Assembly: GCF_046119375.1 (NCBI RefSeq)
Contig: NW_027362765.1
Coordinates: forward strand, 205,840,001 to 205,904,000
Length of the DNA: 64,000 nt
Reading direction: 5' to 3'
DNA from: Phyllobates terribilis
Taxonomy: Eukaryota
The position numbers and the translations under genes are program-made. The notes beneath the pieces are model-generated. The model did no database searches, was not told the origin of the DNA, and was given only the letters and a program-made list of their open reading frames with translations. Shown piece by piece: positions 9,916 to 24,416 of the stretch; within the stretch, counting starts at the first letter, position 1; every line of letters starts with the position of its first letter.

Positions 9916-12702
9916 ATGGGAGGAAGAGAAACCAATCACAAACTAAAATGTTTTTATACAAATGCACAAAGCATGGGCAACAAACAAGGAGAATTGGAAC
10001 TACTAATGCAGGAAAAGGAATATGATGTCATTGGAATCACTGAAACTTGGTGGGACGATACACATGATTGGAATAAAAGGCTAAAAGGCTACAACTTATT
10101 TGCAAGAAACAGACTTGATAAATGAGGAGGTGTTGCATTGTATGTTAGAAAAGCGTATATCTGCACAGAGATTGAAGCTTCAGAGACTGGGAGTACTGTG
10201 GAAACTGTTTGGGTAAGAATACAAGGAGAGAACAACGGAAAGGACACCATTGTAGGCATTTACTACAGGCCACCTGGGCAAGCTGAAGATATGGATGAAC
10301 TCTTTATGTATCAAATGACCAAGTTCTCCAAAAAATATGACGTAGTGGTCATGGGAGATTTCAACTATCCAGACATTTGTTGGGAATCTCTCTCAAGTAA
10401 AACTAACAGGTCAAGCAAATTCTTATCCTCTCTTGCTGACAACTTTATCTTCCAAAAGGTAGGGGAGTAAACAAGGGGATCTGCTACTTTGGATCTAATC
10501 CTAATAAACAGGGAGGAAATGGTTGAGGAGGTAAAGGTGGCTGGGACCCTAGGAGGCAGCGATCATGCTATTATAGAATTTTGGATAACTAGAGGAGGAA
10601 GACATGTGAAGACTCAAACTTCAAGGTTAGATTTTAGAAAGGCAGATTTTAAGAGACTCAGAAAGAGAATAGGAGGGATCCAATGGCTGGATGTCCTTAA
10701 GGACAAAAATGTCCAGGAAGGATGGGAAATTTTTAAAAATGAGATTCTCAAAGCACAATCGTTAACAATCCCGAAAAGTAGGAAGAATGGGAAGCATTTA
10801 AGGAAACCAGGATGGATGAACACAGAACTTAAACACATGCTAAAAAGAAAGAAAGAAATGTTTATTAAATGGAAAGAGGGAGGCATATCTAAAGAAGATT
10901 ATAATGCAGTCTGCAGATCCTGCAGGGCACGTATCAGGTTAGCTAAAGCGGACAATGAATTAAGGCTTGCAAGAGATGTCAAAAGCAATAAAAAAGGATT
11001 TTGGGGGTATGTCAAAAGTAAAAGAAAAGTCAAAGATGCTATAGGATTTTTACAGGATGAAAATGGAGAAATGGTAAGAGAGGATGTTGAGAAGGCCGAA
11101 CTTTTTAATTCCTATTTTGCATCTGTTTTCTCTCAGAAAGAAAATGTAACATCAACTGATCTTCACTGTCCTTTTAAAGGAATAGAGGAATCCAAGTTAT
11201 CTGTAAACAGAAAGATTGTGAGGGAATATTTAGCTAACATAAATGAGTTCAAGTCTCCAGGTCCAGATGAATTACACCCCAGAGTACTGAAGGAGATCGT
11301 AGAAGAAATTTTAGAACCACTCTCCATAATCTTTGAAAATTCTTGGAGAACAGGAGAAGTCCCAGAAGACTGGAGAAGAGCAAATGTTGTTCCTATGTTC
11401 AAAAAGGGGAAGAAGGTGGACCCAGGGAACTATAGGCCGGTGAGTCTGACTTCTATACCAGGAAAGATCTTTGAACAAATTATTAAACAACATGTATGTA
11501 AGTAAATGGATAAGAATGAAGTGATTAATCAGAGTCAGCATGGGTTTGTAACTAACAAGTCATGTCAGACTAACTTAATTTCCTTCTATGACAGAATCAC
11601 TGACTGGGTGGATCAGGGAAATGCTGTAGATATAGTATATCTTGACTTCAGCAAAGCATTTGACAAAGTATCTCACACCATCCTTATTGAAAAAATGACC
11701 AAGTATGCAATGGACCAGGCAACTGTTAGGTGGATTCATAACTGGCTTAGTGATCGGACTCAAAGGGTGGTTGTAAATGGCTTCACATCCAGCTGGATGA
11801 ATGTCTCAAGTGGGGTACCACAGGGCTCCGTCCTGGGACCTGTATTGTTCAACATCTTTATCAATGATTTAGATGAAGGAATTGAGGGTAAACTGATTAA
11901 ATTTGCTGATGACACAAAGCTAGGAGGGATAGCTAATACTAGAGAAGAGAGAGAGAGGATTCAAAAAGACCTAAATAAACTGGAGCAGTGGGCAGCAACC
12001 AACAGAATGGTTTTTAACAGGGAAAAATGCAAAGTACTACATCTGGGCAATAAAAATGAAAAAAGCATATACAGAATGGGAGGAATAGAGCTAAGCAACA
12101 GTACATGTGAAAAAGACTTAGGTATACTAATAGATCATAGACTGAACATGAGTCAACAGTGTGATGCAGCAGCAAAAAAGGCAAATACAATTCTGGGATG
12201 TATTAACAGAAGCATACAGTCTAGATCACGTGAAGTCATTATCGGTCTTTACTCCTCTTTGGTCAGACCTCATCTGGAATACTGTGTACAGTTTTGGGCA
12301 CCACATTTTAAAAAAGACATAGACAAACTAGAGCAAGTTCAGAGAAGAGCGACCAGAATGGTGACTGGTCTGCAAACCATGTCCTATGAGGAACGGTTGC
12401 AGGATTTGGGAATGTTTAGCTTGCAAAAAAGAAGACTGAGAGGAGACTTAATAGCTGTCTACAAATATGTCAAGGGCTGTCACATTGTAGAAGGATCATC
12501 TTTATTCTCATTTGCACAAGGAAAGACTAGAAGCAATGGGATGAAACTAAATGGGAGGAGACACAGATTAGATATTAGAAAAAACTTTTTGACAGTTAGG
12601 GTGATTAATGAGTGGAACAGGCTGCCACGAGAGGTGGTGAGTTCCCCTTCAATAGACGTCTTCAAACAGAGGCTGGACAGACATCTGTCTGAGATGATCT
12701 AG
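9916..12702 (+). pseudogene. CR1 ORF2 (APE endonuclease + reverse transcriptase) with three in-frame stops
   Basis: Four ORF-track pieces share one frame. APE motifs YTNAQS, GITETWW, MGDFN and SDH are present, as are RT motifs GVPQGSVLGP and FADD. Stops fall at 10123, 10468 and 11503, with no frameshifts. Confidence 0.95.
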
Positions 12703-12784
12703 TGAATCCTGCTTTGAGCAGGGGGTTGGACCAGATGACCCAGGAGGTCCCTTCCAACTCTACCATTCTATGATTCTATGAAAT

Positions 12785-13180
12785 AATTTAAATACAGATC
12801 AAAGAAAATGAATTTTAACAGAGTATTGGAAATCTCAAAATGCTGAAACCGTTAGAGCAAATTGGTTTGAAACATCTGGTACTCAAGCCCCAAAGAGACA
12901 AACCATTTACCGCATTCGGGACAAATTCAATGCCACTGGCTCAATCCTTAATGCTCCAAAAACTGGTCGACCCAAAACAGTCTGTACAGAAGATAATAAA
13001 CAGCTTTTTGCTGAAACATTTGTTCAGAGTCCAAAAAAGTCCACCAGAAGAGCCTCTTTGGAATTGGGAATTTCACGAGCTTCTATCATGCAAATCCTGA
13101 AATCTATTGGGTGGAAAGCTTATCGTCCACATCTAATTCATGGTTTATTGGAGGATGATCCAGACAGGCAGCTGCAATTT
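12785..13180 (+). pseudogene. Mariner-type transposase N-terminal fragment (HTH region)
   Basis: Manual translation: NLNTDQRK*ILTEYWKSQNAETVRANWFETSGTQAPKRQTIYRIRDKFNATGSILNAPKTGRPKT...SPKKSTRRASLELGISRASIMQILKSIGWKAYRPHLIHGLLEDDPDRQLQF. The catalytic domain is absent. Confidence 0.8.
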
Positions 13181-14103
13181 AGTGTTTGATAAATCTCCCC
13201 CTTCATAACCTTATTACACTTTCTGTCCACCTACTTTTGGACCACCCTGTATAATAAAATTTACACTAATTAATTATTTATCCTCTTGCTTTTGTTGGTG
13301 TGCTTGTTAGTTCTGGACTTTTTGTGTTACCTTTTTTTACCAGGAACATCCACCAAGACCTACGATTTTGTAAATGTTCTGAGCAATCACAATCTGGTCA
13401 TTGACAGTCGCTCAGAGCCTTATGTTTGCCTATTCTCTCTTTTTCAACACATCTACTATGAAAACTCATTGTTCACTTGCTGCCTAACATATCCCACAAC
13501 TAGACGCTATTTTCACAAGATAATAAATATTACTGTGGATGGGTACAAATGTAATTGGTGGCATAACTCTTTTCACATATCCATGTGTTAAGAGAGTCTG
13601 TCAACTGTTTTGGCCCTTCACCACTGCTGACAACATGAGATTGGACAGGTGTAGTGACGGCTGTAGCGGACTCCTGGTTAGATGCTAGAGTAGTATAGAG
13701 GAGAGGGGTTGTGCTGAAAGGGGTTGAAAGCCTAGACCACGTCAGCTTCGAGTACTGCCTTTGGTGCAAATTCAGACACAATACAAGCTGGTATAACATT
13801 TTCTCATTCATGCTACTGCTAACAGTAGAGATATACAGTATATATGTTTACATATCTACACCTCCAAAGTAAACACCTGTTAGAAGTTTTGCAGGGTTTA
13901 AACTTCTGACAGACTTTCATTAATATCCCTTTAACAGTTGTACTCTTTTATTTGGATTCACTACTACTTTCGGCTAAAATGGCATTAAAAATATTAAAGT
14001 TAAACAAGACCTTAGGTATCATAGAGCCATAGACACAAATTTTACTGCCATATAGTTCTAATAAATAGTACCATATTACATACATATTCTCCCCCTGAAT
14101 TAA

Positions 14104-14702
14104 AGAAACACTCCCATGAAGATTTTTTTTTAATAAATCTGTGCATATGTGTATCTAATGTTGTGTCCATGTGTTAATATAGTCTCCTATCACCACCTTC
14201 TCCAGTATTCAGCGCCATTCCGTTCTTCTACTCAGTGATTTTAGACTCTCCGGCTTACTATATGCTCCACTCAGAAGTCTATTTTAGGCCACGACCCTAC
14301 TATCAGTATTTGGTCAGTATTCGGTCAGTATTTTTTCTCAGGAGTGGGAGCCAAAACCAGGTGAGGAACAATCAGAGAAAAGGTATGATAGTAAGAAGTC
14401 ACCAATTCTGCATTTATCACCCACTCCTGGTTTTGTCTTACAAATACTGAGGAAAAATAGTGACCGAATACTGATAGTGGGGCCGTACTTACTATGTAGG
14501 TCTATGGAGCCTTGTTCTAACTCTCCATAGGTTTACATTGTAAAAGTCACTTCCTGGTCAAGCAGAGCAGTGACGCCACTGAGAAGAAGAGCAGAATGGT
14601 GCTACGTCCCAGAGAAGGTAGGTGATTTTATTAACACATACACACTACATTACACACATATATACCAATTTATTTACAAAAAGTTTTCATGAAAGGGCTT
14701 CT
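14104..14702. mobile_element. TTAA-flanked T2-type MITE with a nested ~200-bp MITE
   Basis: TTAA|AGAAACACTCCCATGAA ... TTCATGAAAGGGCTTCT|TTAA. Confidence 0.6.
14287..14484 (-). mobile_element. ~200-bp MITE, family A (Harbinger-like GGCC termini)
   Basis: Palindromic cagtatttggtcagtatt / aatactga...accaaatactg arms. Homologous to 35339, 36303 and 55904. Confidence 0.7.
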
Positions 14703-14801
14703 TTAATGATCATGGGGGAAAAAACCTTCTTAGTGCAGTATCCAATTGTGACACTTTGTCAATGAGGTCATGTTGAATTGTTCATATCAGTTAGTTATAT
14801 A

Positions 14802-16380
14802 CACTGCTCAAAAAAATAAAGGGAACACTTAAACAACAGAATATAACTCCAAGTAAATCAAACTTCTGTGAAATCAAACTGTCCACTTAGGAAGCAACAC
14901 TGATTGACAATCAATTTCACATGCTGTTGTGCTAATGAAATAGACAATAGATGGAAATTATTGGCAATTATCAAGACACCCTCAATAAAGGAGTGGCTCT
15001 GCAGGTGGGGACCACAGACCACATCTCAGTACCAATGCTTTCTGGCTGATGTTTTGGTCACTTTTGAATGTTGGTTGTGCTTTCACACTCGTGGTAGCAT
15101 GAGACGGACTCTACAACCCACAGAAGTTGCTCAGGTACTGAAGCTCATCCAGGATGGCACATCAATGCGAGCTGTGGCAAGAAGGTTTGCTGTGTCTGTC
15201 AGCGTAGTGTTCAGAGGCTGGAGGCGCTACCAGGAGACAGGCCAGTACACCAGGAGACATGGAGGGGGCCATAGGAGGGCAACAACCCAGCAGCAGGGCC
15301 GCTCCCTCCGCCTTTGTGCAAGGAGGAACAGGAAGGAGCACTGCTAGAGCCCTGCAAAATGACCTCGAGCAGGCCACAAATGTGCATGTGTCTGCACAAA
15401 TGGTTAGAAACCGACTCCATGAGGGTGGTATGAGGGCCCGACGTCCACAGATAGGGGGTTGTGCTCACAGCCCAACACCGTGCAGGACGCTTGGCATTTG
15501 CCACAGAACACCAGGATTGGCAAAGTCGCCCTGGCTCCCTGTGCTCTTCACAGATGAAAGCAGGTTCACACTGAGCACATGTGACAGACATGACAGAGTC
15601 TGCAGACACTGTGGAGAGTAATCTGCTGCCTGCAACATCCTTCAGCATGACCGGTTTGGCAGTGGGTCAGTAATGGTGTCGGGTGGCATTTCTTTGGAGG
15701 GCCGCACAGCCCTCCATGTGCTTGCCAGAGGTAGCCTGACTGCCATTAGGTACCGAGATGAGATCCTCAGACCCCTTGTGAGACCATATGCTGGTGCGGT
15801 TGGCCCTGGGTTCCTCCTAATGCAGGACAATGCCAGACCTCATGTGGCTGGAGTGTGTCAGCAGTTCCTGCAAGATGAAAGCATTGAAGCTATGGACTGG
15901 CCCACCCTTTCCCCAGACCTGAATCCGATTGAGCACATCTGAGCACATGTCTCGCTCCATCCACCAACGTCACATTGCACCACAGACTGTCCAGGAGTTG
16001 GCGGATGCTTTAGTCCAGGTCTGGGAGGAGATCCCACAGGAGACCATCCGCAACCTCACCAGGAGCATGCCCAGGCGTTGTAGGGAGGTCATACAGGCAC
16101 GTGGAGGCCACACACAATACTAAGCCTCATTTTGACTTGTTTTAAGGACATTACATCAAAGTTGGATCAGCCTGTAGTGTGTTTTTCCACTTTAATTTTG
16201 GGGGTGACTCCAAATCCAGGCCTCCATTGGATAATAAATTTGATTTCCATTGATTATTTTTGTGTGATTTTGTTGTCAGCACATTCAACTTTGTACAGAA
16301 CAAAGTATTTAGTGAGAATATTTCATTCATTCAGATCTAGGATGTGTTATTTGAGTGTTCCCTTTATTTTTTGAGCAGTG
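14802..16380 (+). mobile_element. Full-length Tc1 DNA transposon, copy 1 of family X
   Basis: TA TSD and TIR CACTGCTCAAAAAAATAAAGGGAACACT at both ends; 1579 bp. Confidence 0.95.
15099..16123 (+). pseudogene. Tc1 DD34E transposase, frameshifted with stops
   Basis: [15 protein letters not shown] start, then FTDESRF, MQDNARPH and SPDLNPIEH, with 34 residues between the second D and the E. Confidence 0.92.
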
Positions 16381-18565
16381 TATAAAAAACTTTAATAGAG
16401 TAGATTCTTGGCTTTGATATCATTGCATAGCTAAAAAAAAATAAATTCAGCGTGTGAATAACTACAAGGCCACTATGACAAGGTGGTATGAGAAAGACAA
16501 GGTTATGGGAATGTCTCTTGAGATCGTAAGCTGAGTTACATCATGGTTGATCATTCAATGGGTGATCTGTATAAATGCTAAAAGTTCTTATAAATCAGTA
16601 ATATAATGGACTATTTTTGACCAAAACCCTCTTGATTCATATTATGAACCTGCAATCCCCTGCACTTCTATATGGCGCCATTGTGAGGATAAGCAAGTGT
16701 TCTAGGAATATATAGAGCATGTGTACGTGATGCAGCAAGTGATAGACCATGCTACCTCCTTATAAATTGGAAGTAGATGGAGAGAATGGGCCTATAGTAG
16801 CCAATGAGTGATATATTATGGGTTTATACGACATGGGTCCATATTATTCCCGTGTGCATCAGTCAAGATTAAATCCCAAGGGCTTGTTTTTTGGAATTTC
16901 TGTGTGGATGCTTTGCAAGTCTTCCTGTGTATTTAGACCATTTAGAAGAAGAGCTTGTTTTGTTTTTGGAGAAGTACTAGTAAAGTCTATAGTGGAGTTT
17001 TCTCATAATACTCATGGATGGCGTATTCATTGGATGAATGATCACTTCCTGATTGGTGGAGGTCTGCCTGTGGGTCCAATGCTGTTTGAGTCCTGATTCT
17101 CAGAAATGTTTTCTTCCACCTGCTGTGCAGGAATCTACGACACTTACCACGTCACTTACATGGGGCTGACCGCTGCACCCTGCATAGACGGTAGTTGGGA
17201 GCACAGCTGTTTAAGGAATAAACCGGGGGACCAAAAGGTCAGATGCCCGTAATCGGAATGTTATGGAATATCCTAGTGATAAGCTATAACCTTAGAAGAT
17301 GGGAACACCCTTTAAGAAGTTCTTTACAAATGTTTATCCTCACTCTTATAAAAGTGTGTAAAATCTGTCCTAATCCGGTCTCAGAAAAGGGGACATAAAC
17401 ACAGTTAAGCTGAGAATTCAGGTTGAAATATTGTTGTCTTGCAGCTGCTAAATAAACATGAAGGCTCATTATCTTGGTGTGGGAAATAAGTGTTTCAGGA
17501 GGAGCTTTTGGCAGGCACAATATAGAAGAAGCTGGTAAAAAAGAATCGAAAACTTCTTTTCTAATGAGTCAGTTCATTAAGTAAAGCATTCGTCTGACGC
17601 ATTGGAGAGGTTGACTGTACAAAACAGTGTGTATATATTAATAGGGTAATTAAAATATCACTCTGCGTGTGTTTGAAAGGCTGCCAAATTTGCAGTGGTT
17701 ACCGCGTCAGGCAATTAGGCTTGACTATTTCCCAGGGAGAATACAGATTGTTCTTGGCGAGACAGGAGTGACTTCAATGAAAACAGGCTTTTTCTCATAC
17801 GTTAATAAGCCTACTGGTCAAATGGTGACAGCACAACTGATCAACCCTCAGTGTCAGGCTGGAAGTGCTTACCCGGCAACTTCTAAGTCATGTTTCTGCT
17901 GGAACAAAGGCAATAATGGTTCCTGGAGGATCAGAGAACGGACTGCGACACTGCTGTAGAAGGGCACTGCCAGCGTTATCACCTTTTTCAACAACTCCAA
18001 TACCCCATTGATTCCCGGCCACGCTTCATTTACCTGTGACTGTGTCTTTTCTACATCTGGAACTTCTCAAAGTTCTATGAACCTCTTGTGGCTGTTGTCT
18101 ACTAGACCTTTCTAGTACAGCAGGTGTTCAGTGGAGGCATGTCTAAGGCTCTGCTTTAGGCATTTTTCCCCCTTTTTCACTATAGTATACCATTTTATAA
18201 TATAACTTATACAATTGTATTATATAACTTTGTCCTTTTGGTAATAATTATACATGAAAAACTGCACTGTATAAACCTAGCCTAATAACCAAGGACAAAC
18301 ACAGACAATATAAATCCCCTGTACTAGAACTGTGTTTGGGCCCCCTGTTATCCTATAGCTCATCATATAGTACTCACTGTAATTATTAGTAATTGTGAGC
18401 TATGAAGTTTATCAGCTAATCCACTTAAATGCAATCTAAATGATAGTAGGAAACGGCTTATAAGATGACCTCTTGGGCCCCTATACACAGCTACTCAGGT
18501 TGCACCTATGGTGTGCCCTACCATGCTAACACTTTCTTAGTTTACATTGATACTACATTGGGATA

Positions 18566-20095
<1,530 letters not shown>

Positions 20096-20324
20096 TATAC
20101 ATAGTATTGCATAGTAAATAAGCAACCACTGGCTGGGGGTCAGAGCAATCACTTTCATTAGCAGCCTGATGCATGAATGTTCCTGAAGCTTTGTAGTCCA
20201 AGTGAAAAGTGATAGTGACTTACCATGCATGTTAAGACCTATGAAGCCCAGCAAGTGTCAGATCAGCTGAGATTATTGGCTCCTTGGCAAACTAGAAATT
20301 TCAACATACAGTATTTCATACACA

Positions 20325-21075
20325 GTATGATGCTTCCAACACAGTATGATGCCCCTCCTGCCCCACACACAGTATGACACCTCCACAGCTCCCTCACCCA
20401 CAGTTTGATGCTCCCACAGAGGCTCTTACACTATTATTCCCCCTCACACAGTATTATGCCCTCAGTCTTCCCCACACAGTACGGTATCCCTACAGCTCCC
20501 TCACACACAGTTTGATACTCCCACAATGCTCATACAGTTTGATTCCCCCACACACAGTATGATGCCCTCAATTTCTCCACTTAGTATGATAACCCCATTG
20601 CTCCCTCACACACAGTTTGATGCCCCCTCACATGCCCATACAGTATAATTATCTCCCACACAGTATGATGCACTCAGTCTCCCTCACATCTTGTGATGCA
20701 CGAACCCACATAATATGATGCCACAGTCACCCAGTATGATTCCCCCACAGCTATCTCCACTGCCTACCACACACAGTATAATACCACCACTGTGACCCAC
20801 ACACAGTATATTGCCCCCTGAGGTCCTCCACACAGTATGATGCCCTCACACCTCTCCTCTACACACCACACAGTATGATACCTGCACTGCCACAAACAAT
20901 ATGATGCTCCCACAGTTCCCCCACACAGTATGATGGACCCAACAGTCCCCTACACACAGTATAATGCCCCTACAGTACCGCCTCACAGTATGATAGACCC
21001 CACAGTCCCCTATACACAGTATGATGCCCCCACACAAAATAACGATGTCCCCACAGCCTCCAACACAGTATGATG
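20325..21075 (+). repeat. Degenerate C-rich minisatellite (cacacagtatgatgcccc core, variable ~20-40 bp)
   Basis: More than 20 visible CACAGTATGAT-like cores, followed by an aaaataaaactactcacct motif common in non-autonomous transposons. Confidence 0.85.
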
Positions 21076-23739
21076 GCCCTAAGTACTGATTGACAATAAA
21101 AAAAATAAAACTACTCACCTCGCCCAGTTCCCCCAGCAGAATTAATCTAGTGACGTCTTTGCACCTCTGAGACTAAGACACTTTCATGGAGCTCTGTAGT
21201 GACTTACTGCATGAGCCATTTGCACGTGCATTATTTGGACCATCCCTGGTTCTACTGAACCAATTTTAGATTTCTTTAGAACTATTTGAGGACGTAGCAC
21301 TGAAGCCATAAAAAATTATGCAATCAAAAGTACAATGATGAAGAAAGGAAGAAGAGAAAAATCTGGAATGGATTGCTGATGTATAAGTATATATAGATGT
21401 GGTGGAGCTGGGTTGGCCATGGCAGTACAACTTGTTATGTGTGTCTTTTTGTAGTATTGCAAGTTATGCACAAAACTAACAGCAAAAGGACAAATACAGC
21501 TCTGCTGCACATATAGAGTCAGTGTTATTGCATTTCTCACTGAATTTCCACTTATTGATTCATTTTGCAAATAACACAAAGAATTGCAGTGACCGTACAG
21601 CGTGTTAAGGCAAAGCTCACGAATCTCATTATTTTCTGTGTAAACAAGCCAGATATGAGAAGACAGTGGCATGAACTGGCCACCTATGTGACAGACCTCT
21701 ATTATTTTATGCGCCTACAAAAATACATGTATAGGTGTTTGGTATTTCAGGTGACTTTTAAGAATATTTCTGCCCATTTTATGATTTTTATCATGCAATT
21801 TCTACCAGTTTTAAGGTCTATTGGCTCTAATTTTTCAATTGTCACTGACCTCCTGGGTGGACCAAAGCTGCTATTAAGTCTTCTAGTCTCAGCAAACAGA
21901 GAAGAGGAGATCTTGCTCTCTTGTCTCTATGTAGCACATGTTCAGAAATAGAGGTAACATGGAGTATATTATAAAGCAGTACTGAGCAGTGTGGTTATGA
22001 ATCCAGCCCTGAGGTGAGATAAAGACTTACTAGAAAGCTGTAGCAGGATCAGACTCCCTGTCTGTTTCACTCTGCTCCACCTCTTTCAATAGGCAGCTGT
22101 AATCTGATCCCTCAGTGAGCTGGCAGTTTGTCTTATTTTAACTAAGATAGATTTTAGCTGTTTTACAGAGTGAATGATAAATTCAGCAGACAAAAGGGAA
22201 AAAGAAGTGACTCATAATTGAATAAATAGGCACATCTCTCTGAAGAGATATATTACACCATTTCTTATATTTGCTTGTACTATTTATATTTTGGAAACTT
22301 TGTTGACCAGTGAGTAGTGACCATTCCGGTATTTTTATGTTATCGTCACATAATATTATCATGACCTGGGTAGTACAGTATTAATCTACTAGTGATTCTA
22401 GAGGTTAATTTGTGTTTGTCTAAATTAACTTTTGTGTATTATTCAATGTGGTTAATGGGTCATCAAGGAGAACTCAACCTTGGGTGTTTAAGTTCCTTAA
22501 GGAACTGGTCATTATAGGAAGTTGAGACATGTACTTTGCTATATTCCCTTACTGCATTCCAGTTCAATGGCTCTGGGAGTCTAAAACAACGCTTCTTAAA
22601 CTATAAGGAAGTCGCCATTAGTGAGGGGTCCACTAGTTCTTAGGTAGTGTGCATGCCTCCCCATCTTTCCAGATTCAGCAGGACTGTAAGATACAGAAAA
22701 TATACATGAATACAAGAATTATATATATTGCTTCATGTCTCTCTGGTTCTTTGTGGGCAAATTATTAATTTGGGGTAAACCTTAAATATTTTAGATTAGT
22801 CTTTGCCCATTTTAATGGGTAGTAAGATCCTGTACATGGATTTTCTCCACATATGGTGCAATGTTAGCAAACATTGAAAATATACTTGAGATATTCAAGG
22901 TTTTTAGGAGTGTGGAGGTGCTAAGCAGCACCTGAAATGGGCCGCATCCTCCATGACACTCACTGTTATTACTATAATGAATATAGTGACTACAGATTAT
23001 ACAGATCAAACAATACAGCATCATTACTTGCGCCATGTCCTGGGTCCGCGCAGCTGCACCTCTAAACCTGGGTCATGGTGTGCTTTATCAGGCCTAGACA
23101 GCAGGCGCCAGTATTAACCCAGCTAATATAATCATTCTCCGTCCTGGAAATCATGCATCTCATGAATGGAGGAACAAGTCCCTGTTTGTCTCACAGTCTT
23201 GTCCTGCTGTTCCCCTGATATTCCCACTTCTAATAAGCTGATCAGAGCGAGCAAAGGCGCTTCTGTTATTTTAACGGATAAATTAGTTTGACTCTTAACT
23301 CAATAATTAAAACTGTTATGGCTTCAAGCCTGCAGAGATAATGTACCATTATTATGGTCGTTTGTTTCAATTAAATGCTTGCTGGTTTAACAATAGCAGC
23401 TGGGCACCTGTGTGTAAGCAGACATTACTCTGCACACAGAGACAGCTCCGGCGTCTACGCAAGAAATCTCTATTACACCAGGAACTTGGAGCGGGAAAAT
23501 TGCTATATAAATATTATAAAAATTGCTATATCCAAGCCACTCATAGCGAGACGAATTAACGAGATTGGAGATTTCAATCAATTTTAGTCCATATAAGTAT
23601 TTCAATCAAGAAGGCTTCATATTCATATAGTCACTTCTGTAAATTAAGGATTAAATAATATGGAAAAAAATATTCTCATTTCCAGGAAATCTGAAGATCA
23701 TTGATCATACAATTGACTTAGGGCTGGGTTGACAGTTAA

Positions 23740-24130
23740 AGGGGTTGTGTGGTACTTTAGATTATCCCCCCATGTATCCCCCCAGGTCCCTAAGACATTT
23801 GTAAATACTTTCCATTGCAGATAATGCCTGTGAGCGGTACTATCGGTGGCCGCTCACAGGCATCACGTGACCCCCGGCTGCAGCCGGCTCTGACATCTGC
23901 TGACGTCATGACAAGTGGTGGCATCAGTCGGGGGTCTTTTTCTTCCTGGTTCCAGGTGGATGCTCGGCTGTGGGTGGGGTTACCGTCAGCGCGGGGTCAC
24001 GTGATGCCTGTGAACGGCCACCGATAGCGCCGCTCACAGGCATTATCATCAACATGAGGTATTTACAAAAGGGCTTAGGGACCTGGGGTGGGATACATGG
24101 GGGGGTAATTTAAAGTACCGCACAACCCCT
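23740..24130. mobile_element. T2/Kolobok-type MITE (391 bp)
   Basis: TTAA|AGGGGTTGTG ... CACAACCCCT|TTAA, with long internal inverted repeats. Confidence 0.85.
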
Positions 24131-24416
24131 TTAATGAGACCTTATCTAAGACTTGGACATCCAGTCACATCCATTGATTGGTTAAAGCTATAGAAAAGCT
24201 CTTTAATTACTCATCAACGCAATTGGTCACTGTCACATGATGATATAGAAGAATCAGAAGTTTCATGTAGATTTATGATGACCACTTCACAGCAGAGGTT
24301 TCCATGGACTGTAAGGGAAGCTAAAGTGAACCGAGACTTCTGATGAATTTGGACTGCCATATACTACCACCTTGCATTAACATGGACAAATAATACGTAG
24401 ATGTACATTTACTTCA

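Larger units (their letters stand above)
8231..12782 (+). mobile_element. Full-length CR1 non-LTR retrotransposon (LINE), sense to TOX2
   Basis: ORF1 esterase, ORF2 APE-RT and a 3' tail (ATTCTATG)2 at 12765-12780. The probable 6-bp TSD is ATAATT (8225-8230, 12783-12788); removing the insert rejoins the mariner leader to its transposase. Confidence 0.95.
7982..13249 (+). mobile_element. Tc1/mariner element (DUF4817-type N-terminus, rosa/DD41D-like), internally deleted, hosting a MITE and a CR1
   Basis: TA-flanked ~65-bp TIRs (CAGGGTGGTCCAAAAGTAGGTGGACAG...) are identical except for a 3-bp indel. A transposase fragment lies at 12785-13180. Confidence 0.8.
7860..13303. repeat. Older hairpin/MITE arms (7860-7911 and 13252-13303) split by the mariner insertion
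   Basis: The 52-bp arms are reverse complements with 7 mismatches by manual alignment. Confidence 0.6.

Noticed and set aside
7860-13303. Idea that the inverted flanks mark a staggered-break inversion
   Set aside because: The outer arms are ~13% diverged while the mariner TIRs are almost identical. Insertion into an older hairpin is simpler, and the interior is collinear with the left end.
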